Part shown: positions 1-11,539 of the stretch, in pieces
Layout of the letters: every line of letters begins with the position of its first letter
How positions within the stretch are numbered: the stretch's first letter is position 1
Assembly (NCBI GenBank): GCA_033764955.1
Contig: JANRIL010000011.1
Location: forward strand, 1 to 64,000
Source: Cyanobacteriota bacterium
GTDB lineage: Bacteria; Cyanobacteriota; Cyanobacteriia; Thermostichales; Thermostichaceae
DNA length: 64,000 nucleotides
Reading direction: 5' to 3'
Notes under the pieces: generated by a model
Database searches by the model: none
What the model was told of the DNA's origin: nothing
What the model saw: only the letters and a program-made list of their open reading frames with translations
Program-made: the position numbers and the translations under genes

Positions 1-123
1 GACCACAACGCGGCAATCAATATCAAGCATTTGGCGGTGGGTCATCCCGTCAATAAAGCTCAGGAAACGCCCGATGGGATACCAGGGGTCACTGAGAAGC
101 CCGCCCTCTATGCGAATGCATGA
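1..123 (+). CDS. tnpB: C-terminal end of IS200/IS605-family RNA-guided nuclease TnpB (5'-truncated by window edge)
   Basis: Frame +1 reads DHNAAINIKHLAVGHPVNKAQETPDGIPGVTEKPALYANA*; (D)xDxNAAxNI is the TnpB RuvC-III motif. Confidence 0.85.
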   Translation, partial: DHNAAINIKHLAVGHPVNKAQETPDGIPGVTEKPALYANA

Positions 124-141
124 GCGTCGGGAGTATGTCAC
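1..141 (+). mobile_element. Right end of IS200/IS605-type element (omegaRNA scaffold region)
   Basis: GAAGCCCGCCC...GCGTCGGGAGTATGTCAC subterminal hairpin-like region ending in TCAC (138-141), overlapping the tnpB 3' end. Confidence 0.7.
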
Positions 142-205
142 AAAACCTCATGAGCAAGCCCCGTGGGGTGGAGCAGAGGAGGGGCGAGTATGCCGTTGAC
201 CTCCC

Positions 206-1615
206 CTACTCTAGAGCCATGACCGCTTGAAAATCCACTTGATCCTGGGGATCCGTCAACACTCGGGTGGGATCCACCAGTCCTGATCCAGTGACTTGGC
301 GTACCATCAAGGCAAAATCCGCCAGCAATTGTCCAGGGCTAAAGGCACAGTGGCCGTAGCGGTCAATCGGGATATGGCGGTGGTGGCGACCCTCTCGATT
401 TTGCAACACTTTGAGGCGGTAGAGGGGTTCATGCCAGTAGGGAACTAAGGGATCCCGTAGGGTGTGCATGGTTTGGGTGGGGATGCGAAGCCCCCCGGAG
501 GTTTCGTAGTGGGTGGCTATCTCAGTCAGGGCGCTAGCTTCCGCTGCAAATCGAGGCACCCGCTGATTGAGGAGGAAGTCTTGGTTGGATCCGCGATAGA
601 CTCGCTCCTGATTGTCGTAGGGTTGACCTCCCAGACGTGCCGCTGCATCGTTGGTGGAAAAAACGTTATACCAAAGCACTTCCAGAAAAGTGCTTTCTAG
701 GCTGCTGGGATCCTCAGGATTGGTGGCGGCTCCGGTAACGGCGATCACCTGTTGGGCGGCGGCTGGATTGGCTGTTAGCGCCGCTTGGATGCGGGGTTCA
801 TAGACACTTTCCCATTCATCAATCACCGCCTGCGGAATTGCCACAGGGGATCCGGGGATCAAACCTGGGAAAAAATAGTCAAAGATGACGCGAAAATCAC
901 CGATACTGTCGATTTGAGCACGAAAGCTACCAATCGGGCCGCAACTGGGCAGACTGGCCGTTACCCAATCGGGAGTTTGTTCGGTGGCTAAGGTAGAAAT
1001 GAGCGCCCCCAGAGAAAAACTGACCAAATAGATTGCTCCGGGATCCCCATAGTCCCGCCGAAAGATCTCCACCAACTCCAGCAGATCAGGGATCCCTTCC
1101 TTAACGGCTAACCCATTGGCCGCATAACTAGTGGTGGCAAAGGCAAACCCTAACCCATTGAAAATATCGGGAAGCGGCCCCACCTGTTCTTCAGGAATTT
1201 CAACGGGGCGAAAGGGGGAAACATAACCGTGGGCATAAACCACCAGATCCCCATTCCACTCGGCGGGCAGGCAAATGCGATAAATCGCCCCACTGCTTTG
1301 GGCTTGGTCAGGAGCACAACCCACCAGCGTGGCTGGAACGCCTTCTGAAGCCCGTTGCTGCTCTGCCTTAGCCGGAGCATCCATCGGAAATGTCTGGACA
1401 ATAGCCTGAGGATCGGGGCTGACCACCGAGGGTGCCCCACATTGAGATAAGCAGAGTGTTAATAAGCATCCTAAGCATAATCGCCACAAGCAAGCCCATC
1501 CTCGAACAAGCCGTGAACGATGGTTCCCGTGATTTTTCACCCTATAGGGAATTTTCTGATCGCCTAATGTCCATAAGTCCAGGCAAGAGAGGGCTGAGCG
1601 TTGACGAGATGGCAT
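206..1615 (-). CDS. Secreted/lipoprotein alpha/beta-hydrolase; true start probably about 100 nt downstream of the ORF start
   Basis: AHGY oxyanion motif, SFSLG nucleophile elbow, DPLVP and GHC acid/His motifs; hydrophobic stretch with LSQC lipobox-like site. Confidence 0.65.
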   Translation of the reverse strand: MPSRQRSALSCLDLWTLGDQKIPYRVKNHGNHRSRLVRGWACLWRLCLGCLLTLCLSQCGAPSVVSPDPQAIVQTFPMDAPAKAEQQRASEGVPATLVGCAPDQAQSSGAIYRICLPAEWNGDLVVYAHGYVSPFRPVEIPEEQVGPLPDIFNGLGFAFATTSYAANGLAVKEGIPDLLELVEIFRRDYGDPGAIYLVSFSLGALISTLATEQTPDWVTASLPSCGPIGSFRAQIDSIGDFRVIFDYFFPGLIPGSPVAIPQAVIDEWESVYEPRIQAALTANPAAAQQVIAVTGAATNPEDPSSLESTFLEVLWYNVFSTNDAAARLGGQPYDNQERVYRGSNQDFLLNQRVPRFAAEASALTEIATHYETSGGLRIPTQTMHTLRDPLVPYWHEPLYRLKVLQNREGRHHRHIPIDRYGHCAFSPGQLLADFALMVRQVTGSGLVDPTRVLTDPQDQVDFQAVMALE

Positions 1616-1669
1616 AAAGACAGTGAATAAAAGGCTATTATCGTTCAGATCCCCACCCTTCTCCCACCG

Positions 1670-2341
1670 ATGCCCTCTCCTCTAACCCCAACCTACACCC
1701 ACATCAGCATCATCCTTGATCGCACCGGATCGATGGAATCGATTCGTGATGACACCATTGGCGGCTTCAATGCCTTCTTACACGAACAACAATCCCTACC
1801 GGAGCAAGCGACCCTGACATTTGTTCAATTTGACTCGCGGGATCCCTACGAAGTGATCCACCACTTCCGTCCTATTCGCCAAATTCCTGATCTGACCCGC
1901 GCCACTTTTGTCCCCCGTGCCCAGACTCCTCTGTTTGATGCCATCGGTCGAGGCATTAACGACCTAGAGAAAAATCTGAACGATCTACCCGAATCCGCAA
2001 AGCCAGATCGGATTGTCATGGTGATCATTACCGATGGGCAAGAGAATGCCAGCAAAGAATTTAGCCCTCAGCAGGTGCAGAAGATGATCACAGAGAAACA
2101 AAAAGCAGACTGGCAATTTGTCTTTCTCAGTGCCGATTTAGAAGCTATCAACCAAGCGATTAAAAGTGGTTTTCGAGATGCCTCCTCAATGACCTTTGAC
2201 AAAACAACCGAAGGTTCCCAAAAAGCCTGGGCTGCTGCTTCCCGTGGCATTGCCAGCTACCGCCACTATAGTATGGACAAAGTTGAGTTTACCGAAGCAG
2301 ATCGGACTGAACAGGAAAGCGAGAGAAAGCGAAAAAGGTAG
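1670..2341 (+). CDS. Stand-alone von Willebrand factor A domain protein
   Basis: MIDAS motif DRTGSM, TPLFDAIG, IITDGQEN. Confidence 0.85.
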   Translation: MPSPLTPTYTHISIILDRTGSMESIRDDTIGGFNAFLHEQQSLPEQATLTFVQFDSRDPYEVIHHFRPIRQIPDLTRATFVPRAQTPLFDAIGRGINDLEKNLNDLPESAKPDRIVMVIITDGQENASKEFSPQQVQKMITEKQKADWQFVFLSADLEAINQAIKSGFRDASSMTFDKTTEGSQKAWAAASRGIASYRHYSMDKVEFTEADRTEQESERKRKR

Positions 2342-2490
2342 TTTTAGGCAAATCATCCTGCATGGTAGGAGATCCAGAATCCGTGAATCTAGACAGGATT
2401 CAGCAAGATATCGAAGCACTCCCCTCGGAGGCAAAACAGATCGTGCTCAACTCGTGCAGATACTCATGAAACTTCTGGTCAAATTCAAAT

Positions 2491-3150
2491 TTATTCCTCA
2501 GCACAACCCTCGACCCAAATAGAATTCTCTCGCTGTGCTTGATAGTCAAAAGGGGTATTGAGATCGACGAAAATAATTGGGGATCCCATTTCAATCTGCT
2601 GAATTTGGGAATAGAACCTTTGGATGATGGCGCGTAATCCTTGAGAAGATTCTTGAATGGCAAGTAATGAGGGATAAATTTGAGGATAAAAAAAGAGGGG
2701 GTGTCCTAGTTTTCTGTGATGGCTGGGGGCGGTGATCAGATAATCAGGATCCAAGCCTTTTCCTGAGGTGTAATCTAGATGTTTAGACAGGAGTTTTTGA
2801 TAGACCCAATCGGGTCTGGGTTGATCAATCGCCGAGATAGCTAGCACCTGGAAATCACGAGGGATCCCCTGCAAGCCAATCCGAAGCGAACTGATTTTAC
2901 CCATTTCTGGATGAGGATTGAGTAGGATCTTTTGACCCAGGCAGTGGGGTTCAAACACAGAAATTTGAGTATGGGATCCCGCAATAACTATGGGCGTGAC
3001 ACCCACATTCAACCATTGCCTTATCTGAAAGGAGAGAAGCGTTTGATGGTCTCCCCACGGCAAAAGAGCTTTGTCAGATCCCATACGAGTTGAGGATCCC
3101 GCCGCTAAAATCAGAGCGAAATAGCCAGGATGCTGTTGATTTTTACTCAT
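2491..3150 (-). CDS. mocA: Molybdenum cofactor cytidylyltransferase-like NTP transferase
   Basis: LAAGSSTRMGSDKALL, GHP and DLNTP motifs; overlaps xdhC by 4 nt. Confidence 0.8.
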   Translation of the reverse strand: MSKNQQHPGYFALILAAGSSTRMGSDKALLPWGDHQTLLSFQIRQWLNVGVTPIVIAGSHTQISVFEPHCLGQKILLNPHPEMGKISSLRIGLQGIPRDFQVLAISAIDQPRPDWVYQKLLSKHLDYTSGKGLDPDYLITAPSHHRKLGHPLFFYPQIYPSLLAIQESSQGLRAIIQRFYSQIQQIEMGSPIIFVDLNTPFDYQAQRENSIWVEGCAEE

Positions 3151-4202
3151 GGTTTCAGATTCATTTTGCCAACCTCAAATCCTGACATAGAGTGATTATG
3201 TTGCCGACGATGGGCGATAATTTCTGCCCCAATACTAATGGCGATTTCTCCGGGAGTCAGGGCACCAATATCCAAACCAATCGGGGCACGAATCTTCTGA
3301 AGGATAGTTTCTGAGTAACCCATCTCTCGTAAGTGCTGATAAACCATTTGAATTCGTCGCTGGCTGCCAATCATCCCCAAATAGCTCAAAGGATAATCCA
3401 ACAAAATAGGCAGAACTTGCACATCAATAGCATAGCCACGAGTTAGCAGTGCCACATAAAGATTAGGGATCCCTGCTAACTCAGGCAACATTTCTGAAAT
3501 AGATCCCAATAGGGTTGAAAATTCACCGGGAGATTCTGCCCAGGCTAGTTCTTCTCGATCATCATAGATAATTACTCGAAATTCAGCGACTCTAGCCACT
3601 TTGGCCAGGGCTAATCCGATATGTCCGGCTCCAACAATCAGCAGAGTAGGAGGTGCAATTAAAACCTCCTGCATATCATGATCAGAAATCTGATGGCAGG
3701 GCTTTGAGGAAAATTTTTCTGGAAATTGATGATTATTGGAGTTAGCCAAAAGAGTGAAGTTAGATAACTGAATCTGAGACTGCCAACAAGGTAACCGAGG
3801 GTCAAAAAAAGTGGTTAAAATTCCCCAACCTTGTTGTCGCAAATCTTCACCAATAGTCCTGGCCAATTGATAAGCTTTATCCCCTTGCCAAATCGCTAGC
3901 CAGACTTTCATCCAGCCCCCGCAAATCCCCTCCTTTTCCCCAGCTTTCGGGATCCCTGTCAGATCAACGGTCACCCACTGCGGCTTGCTGTGATTTCGCA
4001 ACATTTCTAGGGCGATTTGGATAACTTTATATTCCCCTGCTCCTCCTCCTATGGTACCGAACGTCTGGCTGGAAACAGCCACGATCATGCGTGCCCCTAC
4101 CTCACGGGGAACGGATCCCTGCGTCTGAACCACAGTCGCTAAAACAACGGATCCCTGAAGCAATTTAGACTGTAAGGCATGAAAGAGATCGATTAGATCC
4201 AT
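3147..4202 (-). CDS. xdhC: XdhC/CoxI family xanthine dehydrogenase accessory protein
   Basis: GSVPREVGARM, GTIGGG, CGG, GAGHIG, YLGMIGS, APIGLDIGALTPGEIAISI. Confidence 0.9.
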   Translation of the reverse strand: MDLIDLFHALQSKLLQGSVVLATVVQTQGSVPREVGARMIVAVSSQTFGTIGGGAGEYKVIQIALEMLRNHSKPQWVTVDLTGIPKAGEKEGICGGWMKVWLAIWQGDKAYQLARTIGEDLRQQGWGILTTFFDPRLPCWQSQIQLSNFTLLANSNNHQFPEKFSSKPCHQISDHDMQEVLIAPPTLLIVGAGHIGLALAKVARVAEFRVIIYDDREELAWAESPGEFSTLLGSISEMLPELAGIPNLYVALLTRGYAIDVQVLPILLDYPLSYLGMIGSQRRIQMVYQHLREMGYSETILQKIRAPIGLDIGALTPGEIAISIGAEIIAHRRQHNHSMSGFEVGKMNLKP

Positions 4203-4224
4203 GCTATGCAATTCATATTTTGAA

Positions 4225-5010
4225 TCAACGACCTAAGATCTTGACAAACACAATGCCGATCAAATAGAGAAAAGTAACTGCTCCTGCCAATAAACTCTGG
4301 GTTAACGGATCCGTAGAAGGGGTCAAGATAGCACCAGCCACAACGGATCCCAATACTACAAATCGCCAAGCCTTAAACATTTGTCCAGAAGAAACCAACC
4401 CAAAAGCACCTAACATGGCCTGTAGAATGGGCACTTGAAAGGCTAAGCCTGTGCTAAATAGCAATAGCAAAACAAACTCGAAATAGCGATCAATTGACCA
4501 GGCTTGATCGACAACTCCCTCTCCATATCGGATAAAGAAATTGAGGGCAGCAGGAATCAATAGATAATAAGCAAAAACCAACCCAGCTAGGAATAAAAAG
4601 CTGGATCCAAATACAACAGGCCCTAAAAAACGCCGTTCTTTGACGCTCAAACCTGGCAAGACAAACTTAGCAATTTGATAAAGCAAAAAGGGTGTGGATA
4701 AAACTAAACCCGAATAGGCCGCAACCTTCATCGAGACAAAGAAATACTCCCCCGGAGCTAATTGCAGAAAACTTACTCCCGCCGCTGGGATCTCTAATGT
4801 CTGGACAATCTTATTAACCACCACAAAGCAGGCCACTATGCAAATGCCCACAGCAATTACACTGGCAAAAAGCCGACTCCGCAGCTCATCCAGGTGCTCC
4901 ATCAACGACATTTCTACCTCGTCAGGAAACTCAGGATCGATCTCTGGCTTGGCATCGGTGGCAACGGATTGAGAAGCAGTCTCTAACTGGTTTTCCAGGG
5001 CAGAGGTCAT
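4225..5010 (-). CDS. tatC: Twin-arginine translocase subunit TatC
   Basis: EMSLMEHLDELRSR, APGEYFF, LTPSTDPLTQ; six TM segments. Confidence 0.95.
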   Translation of the reverse strand: MTSALENQLETASQSVATDAKPEIDPEFPDEVEMSLMEHLDELRSRLFASVIAVGICIVACFVVVNKIVQTLEIPAAGVSFLQLAPGEYFFVSMKVAAYSGLVLSTPFLLYQIAKFVLPGLSVKERRFLGPVVFGSSFLFLAGLVFAYYLLIPAALNFFIRYGEGVVDQAWSIDRYFEFVLLLLFSTGLAFQVPILQAMLGAFGLVSSGQMFKAWRFVVLGSVVAGAILTPSTDPLTQSLLAGAVTFLYLIGIVFVKILGR

Positions 5011-5173
5011 GTCAGGTCAGTGGGGATGAGAGGTCGTCGTTATTTTAACGTGTGGATCCCCTTCAGCCCAAGTTCTCGCCAGTCCCACAGAAGGGATCCC
5101 GACGGTAGTTGCCTGACCGCTTGCCCTTGCGTATCATGACCCTGAACGGCATCCAGTCCACCAACCTAAATTT

Positions 5174-6034
5174 ATGCCTACCTTTTTTGGGAAACTTCTG
5201 CGGGTCGCTAGCCCCCCCATCTGGAAACTGTTGCTGGGGATGATGGTGGGGTGGATGGGATCCCCACAGGCTTGGGCGGACGTTTTGGTGAGGGCAGAAA
5301 TTGCTAGCACCACGGGTTCGGTACGGATTGGTAGTTCCACAGCCGCAGAAATCACCGATACCACGGGCAAGAAATACAGTGATTTGCCCGCCATGAAGGC
5401 GATCTGGGCTACTCCTCAGCGTCAAGGCATTGTCTTAAATGGTCTGGTGGCTCCCGTTTTACGCATCAAACCCACGGGAGATGGTCTGGTGGCAGTGAAT
5501 AATCGCTGGTATGCCGGAGAAGTGATTTTGATGGGGCGAAACCAAATTTTGGCAGTCAACTACGTCAACATTGAGGATTATGTGGCGAGTGTTGTGGAAG
5601 CGGAGATGGGATCCTCCTTTTCCCCAGAAGCCCTGAAAGCTCAGGCTATAGCCGCCCGCAGTTATGTTCTTTATCACCGCAACTCCCGCCCTTGGTTTGA
5701 TGTGCATAGCGATACCCGCTCACAGGTCTATCGAGGGGTGAACCATTCGCCAGCCGTCCTCGCCGCCACCGAAGCCACCAAAGGGATTGTCATGGTCTAT
5801 GGGGGAGAATTTGTCAACGCTATGTATAGCTCCAGTAGTGGCGGGCAAACTGTGGGGGTACAAGGGATCCCATATTTACGCAGTGTGCCGGATATTACCA
5901 ATCGCCCCAAATTTGGGCATGGCATTGGCATGAGTCAGTGGGGAGCCGAAGCGCGGGCACGCCAAGATTGGAATTATCGGCAAATTTTGGGCTATTACTA
6001 TCGCGGGGTTAGCCTGGGGCGCTTGCCTGAGTGA
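5174..6034 (+). CDS. SpoIID/LytB domain protein
   Basis: EALKAQAIAARSY, SQVYRG, GHGIGMSQWGA. Confidence 0.9.
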   Translation: MPTFFGKLLRVASPPIWKLLLGMMVGWMGSPQAWADVLVRAEIASTTGSVRIGSSTAAEITDTTGKKYSDLPAMKAIWATPQRQGIVLNGLVAPVLRIKPTGDGLVAVNNRWYAGEVILMGRNQILAVNYVNIEDYVASVVEAEMGSSFSPEALKAQAIAARSYVLYHRNSRPWFDVHSDTRSQVYRGVNHSPAVLAATEATKGIVMVYGGEFVNAMYSSSSGGQTVGVQGIPYLRSVPDITNRPKFGHGIGMSQWGAEARARQDWNYRQILGYYYRGVSLGRLPE

Positions 6035-6071
6035 TAACCAGCCTCCTCGTGTCCTACAGGATGCCTTTAGG

Positions 6072-6905
6072 ATGGGAGAGATGCTTCACGATTTTGGGTT
6101 AAAGTGCTTGATGTCTGTGCCCGTCTTGCCCCTCGAACTTTATCGTTGTCTGCGTTGCCAGCAGGAGGGCTTAGCCGCCACGGCTGACCGCCTCTATTGC
6201 CCCCAGTGTGGACAAATCTATCCTCGCCTCAATCCACAGACGGTGGACTTTATTGCTCCCTTCGGGGATCCCTTACCCATGACCCCCGCCCAGGCGATAG
6301 CCCATCTGCCGATATTTGCCTGGGGCTACGAACACCTTTGGCGTCCCCGTGCCCTGAGTGTTTTAACCGGGGAACCCTTTGATCAAGAGCGAGAAGCCCT
6401 ACTCCTCCAGGCATTAGTGGGCGATGCCCAACCCATTCTGGATCTGGCTACGGCTGGAGGATACTGGAGCCGCCTCTTGTTGCGACAACAACCCCACCGT
6501 CGGCTGATCGGCCTCGACAATGCCAGTGGGGTTTTAGCGGAAGCCAGTCGGCAAACTCAGCCAGAGTGGGATCACTACACCCTCATCCACGCCCAAGCGG
6601 AACGGATCCCGTTAGCCACCGCCAGCCTGGGGGCGGTGATATCGGGGGCTTCCCTCAACGAGTTGCCCCTTCAGCCTTGTCTGGAGGAAATTGCGCGGGT
6701 TTTACGTCCGGGGGGGGTTTTGGTATCCATGCACAGTCAACATTTGGCCGAAGGATGGAACCATCTGGTTCAGCAGGCGCTGCAAACCACGGGGTTGCGT
6801 TTTTATGGGGAGGACGAACTGCGAACCGCCTTAGCCGCGGTGGGTTTGTCCATGCAACGCTATCTCAGCTATGGGGCGGTCGCTTTTGTGCAGGCCGTGC
6901 GTTGA
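6072..6905 (+). CDS. Class I SAM-dependent methyltransferase with N-terminal Zn-ribbon
   Basis: CxxC...CxxC N-terminus; ILDLATAGG motif I variant; RVLRPGG. Confidence 0.8.
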   Translation: MGEMLHDFGLKCLMSVPVLPLELYRCLRCQQEGLAATADRLYCPQCGQIYPRLNPQTVDFIAPFGDPLPMTPAQAIAHLPIFAWGYEHLWRPRALSVLTGEPFDQEREALLLQALVGDAQPILDLATAGGYWSRLLLRQQPHRRLIGLDNASGVLAEASRQTQPEWDHYTLIHAQAERIPLATASLGAVISGASLNELPLQPCLEEIARVLRPGGVLVSMHSQHLAEGWNHLVQQALQTTGLRFYGEDELRTALAAVGLSMQRYLSYGAVAFVQAVR

Positions 6906-6918
6906 TCTTCCTTGATTT

Positions 6919-8190
6919 TCAAGGATCCTCAGCCGGACGAGCCGCCGGCATGAGGGGATCCTCAACGCTAAACCCTGGGGGAAACTCATTGCGCTCCCGA
7001 ATATGGTTGAGGACTTCCGGGGCAACCGCAAAGCCCATCCGCTGTACAGCTGCCGCCACAATATCTCCCTTATCGATCAAGCCAGCAATCGCTCCACTGG
7101 GGGTTAACACCACCACCTGCGGCAGGGGTTGCGATTGCATCATGCCTATCACCTCCCGAATCGGTGTTTCTTCCGATAGGCCTTTGAGTTGATCCATCGG
7201 CAGGAGCAAGGCTGACAAATCCGAGTTTTCCCATAGGCTACGCTCCAGGGTTTGTACCCGCTCCGGCAAAACCATACCCCGATAACGCCCCTCCGATTCG
7301 GCAAAATAGACCTCCTTAACCGGCTGGGATCCCTTTCCTTCAGAGCTGGGAACCGCATTCCCCAAAACCAGGTAGCGGTCGATAAATTCCCGCACGCTCA
7401 TCCGCAAATCCACCACCCGAAAGTTACGGGTCATGACATCTTTGGCCTTCAAACTGTAGAGAGCCTGTTGCAGTTGGCTAGTCTGGGCATAATTGCGGGC
7501 ATGGTTGAGAATAAATAGCCCGATCAACCCCAACCACAACCCTCCCAGGTTTCCCCGCAGCACCATCAATGCCGCCAAGCCAATCAGCCCATAGCCCACC
7601 CACTGTCCACTGCGAGCTGCCCACAGCAAACCCTTGCGCGGATCCCCGGTCAATCCCCATACTAGGGCTTTCAGCATTTGTCCCCCATCCAGGGGAAGTC
7701 CCGGCAGGAGGTTAAATAAACCAATCACCAAATTGACGGAGGATAGGCTGATCAGACCATCCCCCAATAAGGAGTCAGGGGTTAATGCGCTACTGACCAC
7801 GATGATTTGCAGCAGCACAAATAAGCTGAGACTAAAGGCGGGGCCAGCCGCCGCCACCCAAAAAGCCGCCGCCGGGTGGGGAGCTTCTTTCTCGAGGGCA
7901 GCCATCCCCCCAAAGATAAACAAGGTAATCGAATTAACGCGAATCCCCTGCCAGCGCGCCACCAAGCTATGGGCAAGTTCGTGGGCTAAGACAGAGCCAA
8001 ATAACCCTGCCGCCGAAGCCAGAGCTGCTAAACCGATAGCAAGAATGCCTAATTCTGGAAACAGCCCTGATAAGCTCAGGCCATAGGAAATCGTCAATAA
8101 TAGGGCAATCGGGATCCAGGACGCATCCACATAAAAAGGGATCCCTAACAGGTTACCGACCCGCCATCTACCTTGCATGGTGAACTCCAT
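6919..8190 (-). CDS. Site-2 protease (M50) with CBS domains
   Basis: HELAH, AAAGP, NLLPGLPLDGG, C-terminal CBS-like region. Confidence 0.92.
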   Translation of the reverse strand: MEFTMQGRWRVGNLLGIPFYVDASWIPIALLLTISYGLSLSGLFPELGILAIGLAALASAAGLFGSVLAHELAHSLVARWQGIRVNSITLFIFGGMAALEKEAPHPAAAFWVAAAGPAFSLSLFVLLQIIVVSSALTPDSLLGDGLISLSSVNLVIGLFNLLPGLPLDGGQMLKALVWGLTGDPRKGLLWAARSGQWVGYGLIGLAALMVLRGNLGGLWLGLIGLFILNHARNYAQTSQLQQALYSLKAKDVMTRNFRVVDLRMSVREFIDRYLVLGNAVPSSEGKGSQPVKEVYFAESEGRYRGMVLPERVQTLERSLWENSDLSALLLPMDQLKGLSEETPIREVIGMMQSQPLPQVVVLTPSGAIAGLIDKGDIVAAAVQRMGFAVAPEVLNHIRERNEFPPGFSVEDPLMPAARPAEDP

Positions 8191-8308
8191 CCTTTCCTCC
8201 AGTTTACCCTGACCGATTCCGAGACGACCGACCTGGACTGGGCAGAAGGGCTAACCAGCCAAGGATCCTGATTTTCCCGATTGCGGGCAAAATTTCCTGA
8301 GCAGGTTA

Positions 8309-8326
8309 GTTACAGACAGTTACACG
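8309..8326 (+). promoter_or_regulatory. HLR1-like tandem repeat (candidate RpaB site)
   Basis: GTTACAGA-CA-GTTACACG, 10-nt period; resembles (G/T)TTACA(T/A)(T/A)-N2-repeat. Confidence 0.4.
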
Positions 8327-8440
8327 GGGATGGTAGTCTGAATGCTAAAGGCTTTCTTGGTAGGGGTCTGGCGGCCATCTCCGGCTGTGATCTCAAGGTC
8401 AGATCGCAACAGGCTGCCGTCCAGCCATCATGATTGATGA

Positions 8441-9913
<1,473 letters not shown>

Positions 9914-9917
9914 AACC

Positions 9918-9990
9918 GCAAGGGCTGAGCCTCAAGATTCAGTCTGAGTTGCTTTTTGACCGGATCCCCTCTAGCGATAGGGGGGATTTG
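9918..9990. terminator. Two hairpins between convergent atpD and GTPase genes (probable terminators)
   Basis: GGGCTGAG...TTCAGTCT followed by a T-run; ATCCCCTCTA-GCGA-TAGGGGGAT with a GNRA loop. Confidence 0.5.
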
Positions 9991-10028
9991 GGGTCTCTAT
10001 GTCCCGATAGTGAAAAGCCTGGGATCCC

Positions 10029-10571
10029 TCACTCCACCGCCGTCAAAGCCATCATCTGCTCTACCAAGAGCAAGAGAGTCTGGGCAATTGAGGGAGGATC
10101 GTTGGCATGAAGAGTGGCGTAGGGGCAATCTGCTTGACCTGATTCTTCTAAAAACAGCTTGATATCTTCGGGATCCCAGGCGTCGGGATGATCAACATGG
10201 GTGATACCCACAACAAGTGGGATGGTGGCTCGTTCCTGCATGAAGGATTTAATTGCTTTAGCCGCTTGAAACTGTCCTGGCCGATGGGCAGGCAAGAGCA
10301 GGATGTACCCGTGGGCACGGCGAATCAGCAGATCCCACATAAAGTTGAAGCGGTCTTGCCCAGGTGTGCCATAGAGATGCAGCCACATGCCATCCCCCAG
10401 GGTTAGCCGACCAAAATCCATGGCTACCGTCGTATCGGGTTTCAGATCGGCGGTCTCATCGGTGGCTTTCCGATCCGTATCCACCACTTCAATTTCACTG
10501 ATCGTGCGGATGAATGTGGATTTGCCAGCCCCAACCGGGCCGGTCACCACCACCCTGAGGATATGCTGCAT
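10029..10571 (-). CDS. MglA/CvnD-like small GTPase
   Basis: GPVGAGKST, TTVAMDFG, GTPGQDRF; G4 position reads THVD. Confidence 0.9.
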   Translation of the reverse strand: MQHILRVVVTGPVGAGKSTFIRTISEIEVVDTDRKATDETADLKPDTTVAMDFGRLTLGDGMWLHLYGTPGQDRFNFMWDLLIRRAHGYILLLPAHRPGQFQAAKAIKSFMQERATIPLVVGITHVDHPDAWDPEDIKLFLEESGQADCPYATLHANDPPSIAQTLLLLVEQMMALTAVE

Positions 10572-10606
10572 GACCTATCTGCCTCATCGGTTCTCTCAAG
10601 GGCGGC

Positions 10607-11077
10607 TTATTGCAACACCGAAAATTCCATCACATCGTGGGTTCCACCCCGCAACACCGACTCCGTATGTTTGCCCCGCAGCCGTTTTCCCGTCACCACC
10701 TCCAAAACCCCCTGAATCGCTCCTAAAGTAAAGGTGCATTGCCGCGCTGATCCGGGATCCTCTCCCGCGGAGCAGATTGTTTCACGGGTATAGACTTTAT
10801 AAAGATCACCGGATGTTTCGATTTTATCCACCAGACAGAGGCGGGTTCCCTCTTTGCCTAGGGCATGATTGAGTTTCATCGCAATATCATCGAGAGACAG
10901 GCCAGCATCCGCCAATTTCAAAGATTCTGCCAGGTTTTTGCCGCGCAAACGACCCGCTGAAATCAAGGCGATAGCAGTCGCTTTTTCCCCCAAAGCATCT
11001 TCCATTCCCGTAATGACGGCTTTGAAACAGACCACACTACTAAAGTCGCCCAATTCTTGTCGCATTGCCATAGCCAT
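10607..11077 (-). CDS. V4R-like (small-ligand binding) domain protein
   Basis: ETICS...CTFTLGAIQG pattern typical of V4R; GGAGG RBS before MAMAM. Confidence 0.7.
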   Translation of the reverse strand: MAMAMRQELGDFSSVVCFKAVITGMEDALGEKATAIALISAGRLRGKNLAESLKLADAGLSLDDIAMKLNHALGKEGTRLCLVDKIETSGDLYKVYTRETICSAGEDPGSARQCTFTLGAIQGVLEVVTGKRLRGKHTESVLRGGTHDVMEFSVLQ

Positions 11078-11170
11078 AGTGAGTTCCTCCAACCGTGATG
11101 GTGATTTGATGGTGACTTAACGGTGATTCAATTGGGAAAAATATCAAGCAAAACAATTCCGAAAACATCC

Positions 11171-11539
11171 TTAGCGCATAGCAATCGTGACACTTTCCGT
11201 CACCCGCTTGATCTCAAGAAATAGCATTCCCTGCTTGACTTCAGCACTAGCTAGTGTCAACAGAACGGCATCAGCTCCACAACTGGTTAAAACCCCATAG
11301 CCTTTATCTCCCTGCACAAAGATTCGCTCAATCGTGCCGCGAGCTAGCTCTTTACCAATTCGCTCACCCAAAGACAACATGGCAGCAGACATCGCAGAAG
11401 TCCGTTCTTCATCCATGCCAGAAGGCAAGGTGGAAGCCAAGGGCAATCCATCGGGGGTAACAATAACTGCTCCCTGAATATCAGGGGTGCTGGAAACAAA
11501 ATTTTGCAGAATTGCTTGTAAAGAGGCCAGATTTGCCAT
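11171..11539 (-). CDS. Roadblock/LC7 (MglB-like) protein
   Basis: VTPDGLPLAS, SAMSAAMLSLGER, VQGDKG. Confidence 0.92.
   Translation of the reverse strand: MANLASLQAILQNFVSSTPDIQGAVIVTPDGLPLASTLPSGMDEERTSAMSAAMLSLGERIGKELARGTIERIFVQGDKGYGVLTSCGADAVLLTLASAEVKQGMLFLEIKRVTESVTIAMR

Noticed and set aside
6566..7192. 208-aa ORF bridging the methyltransferase and protease genes
   Set aside because: Overlaps two well-supported genes; low-complexity translation
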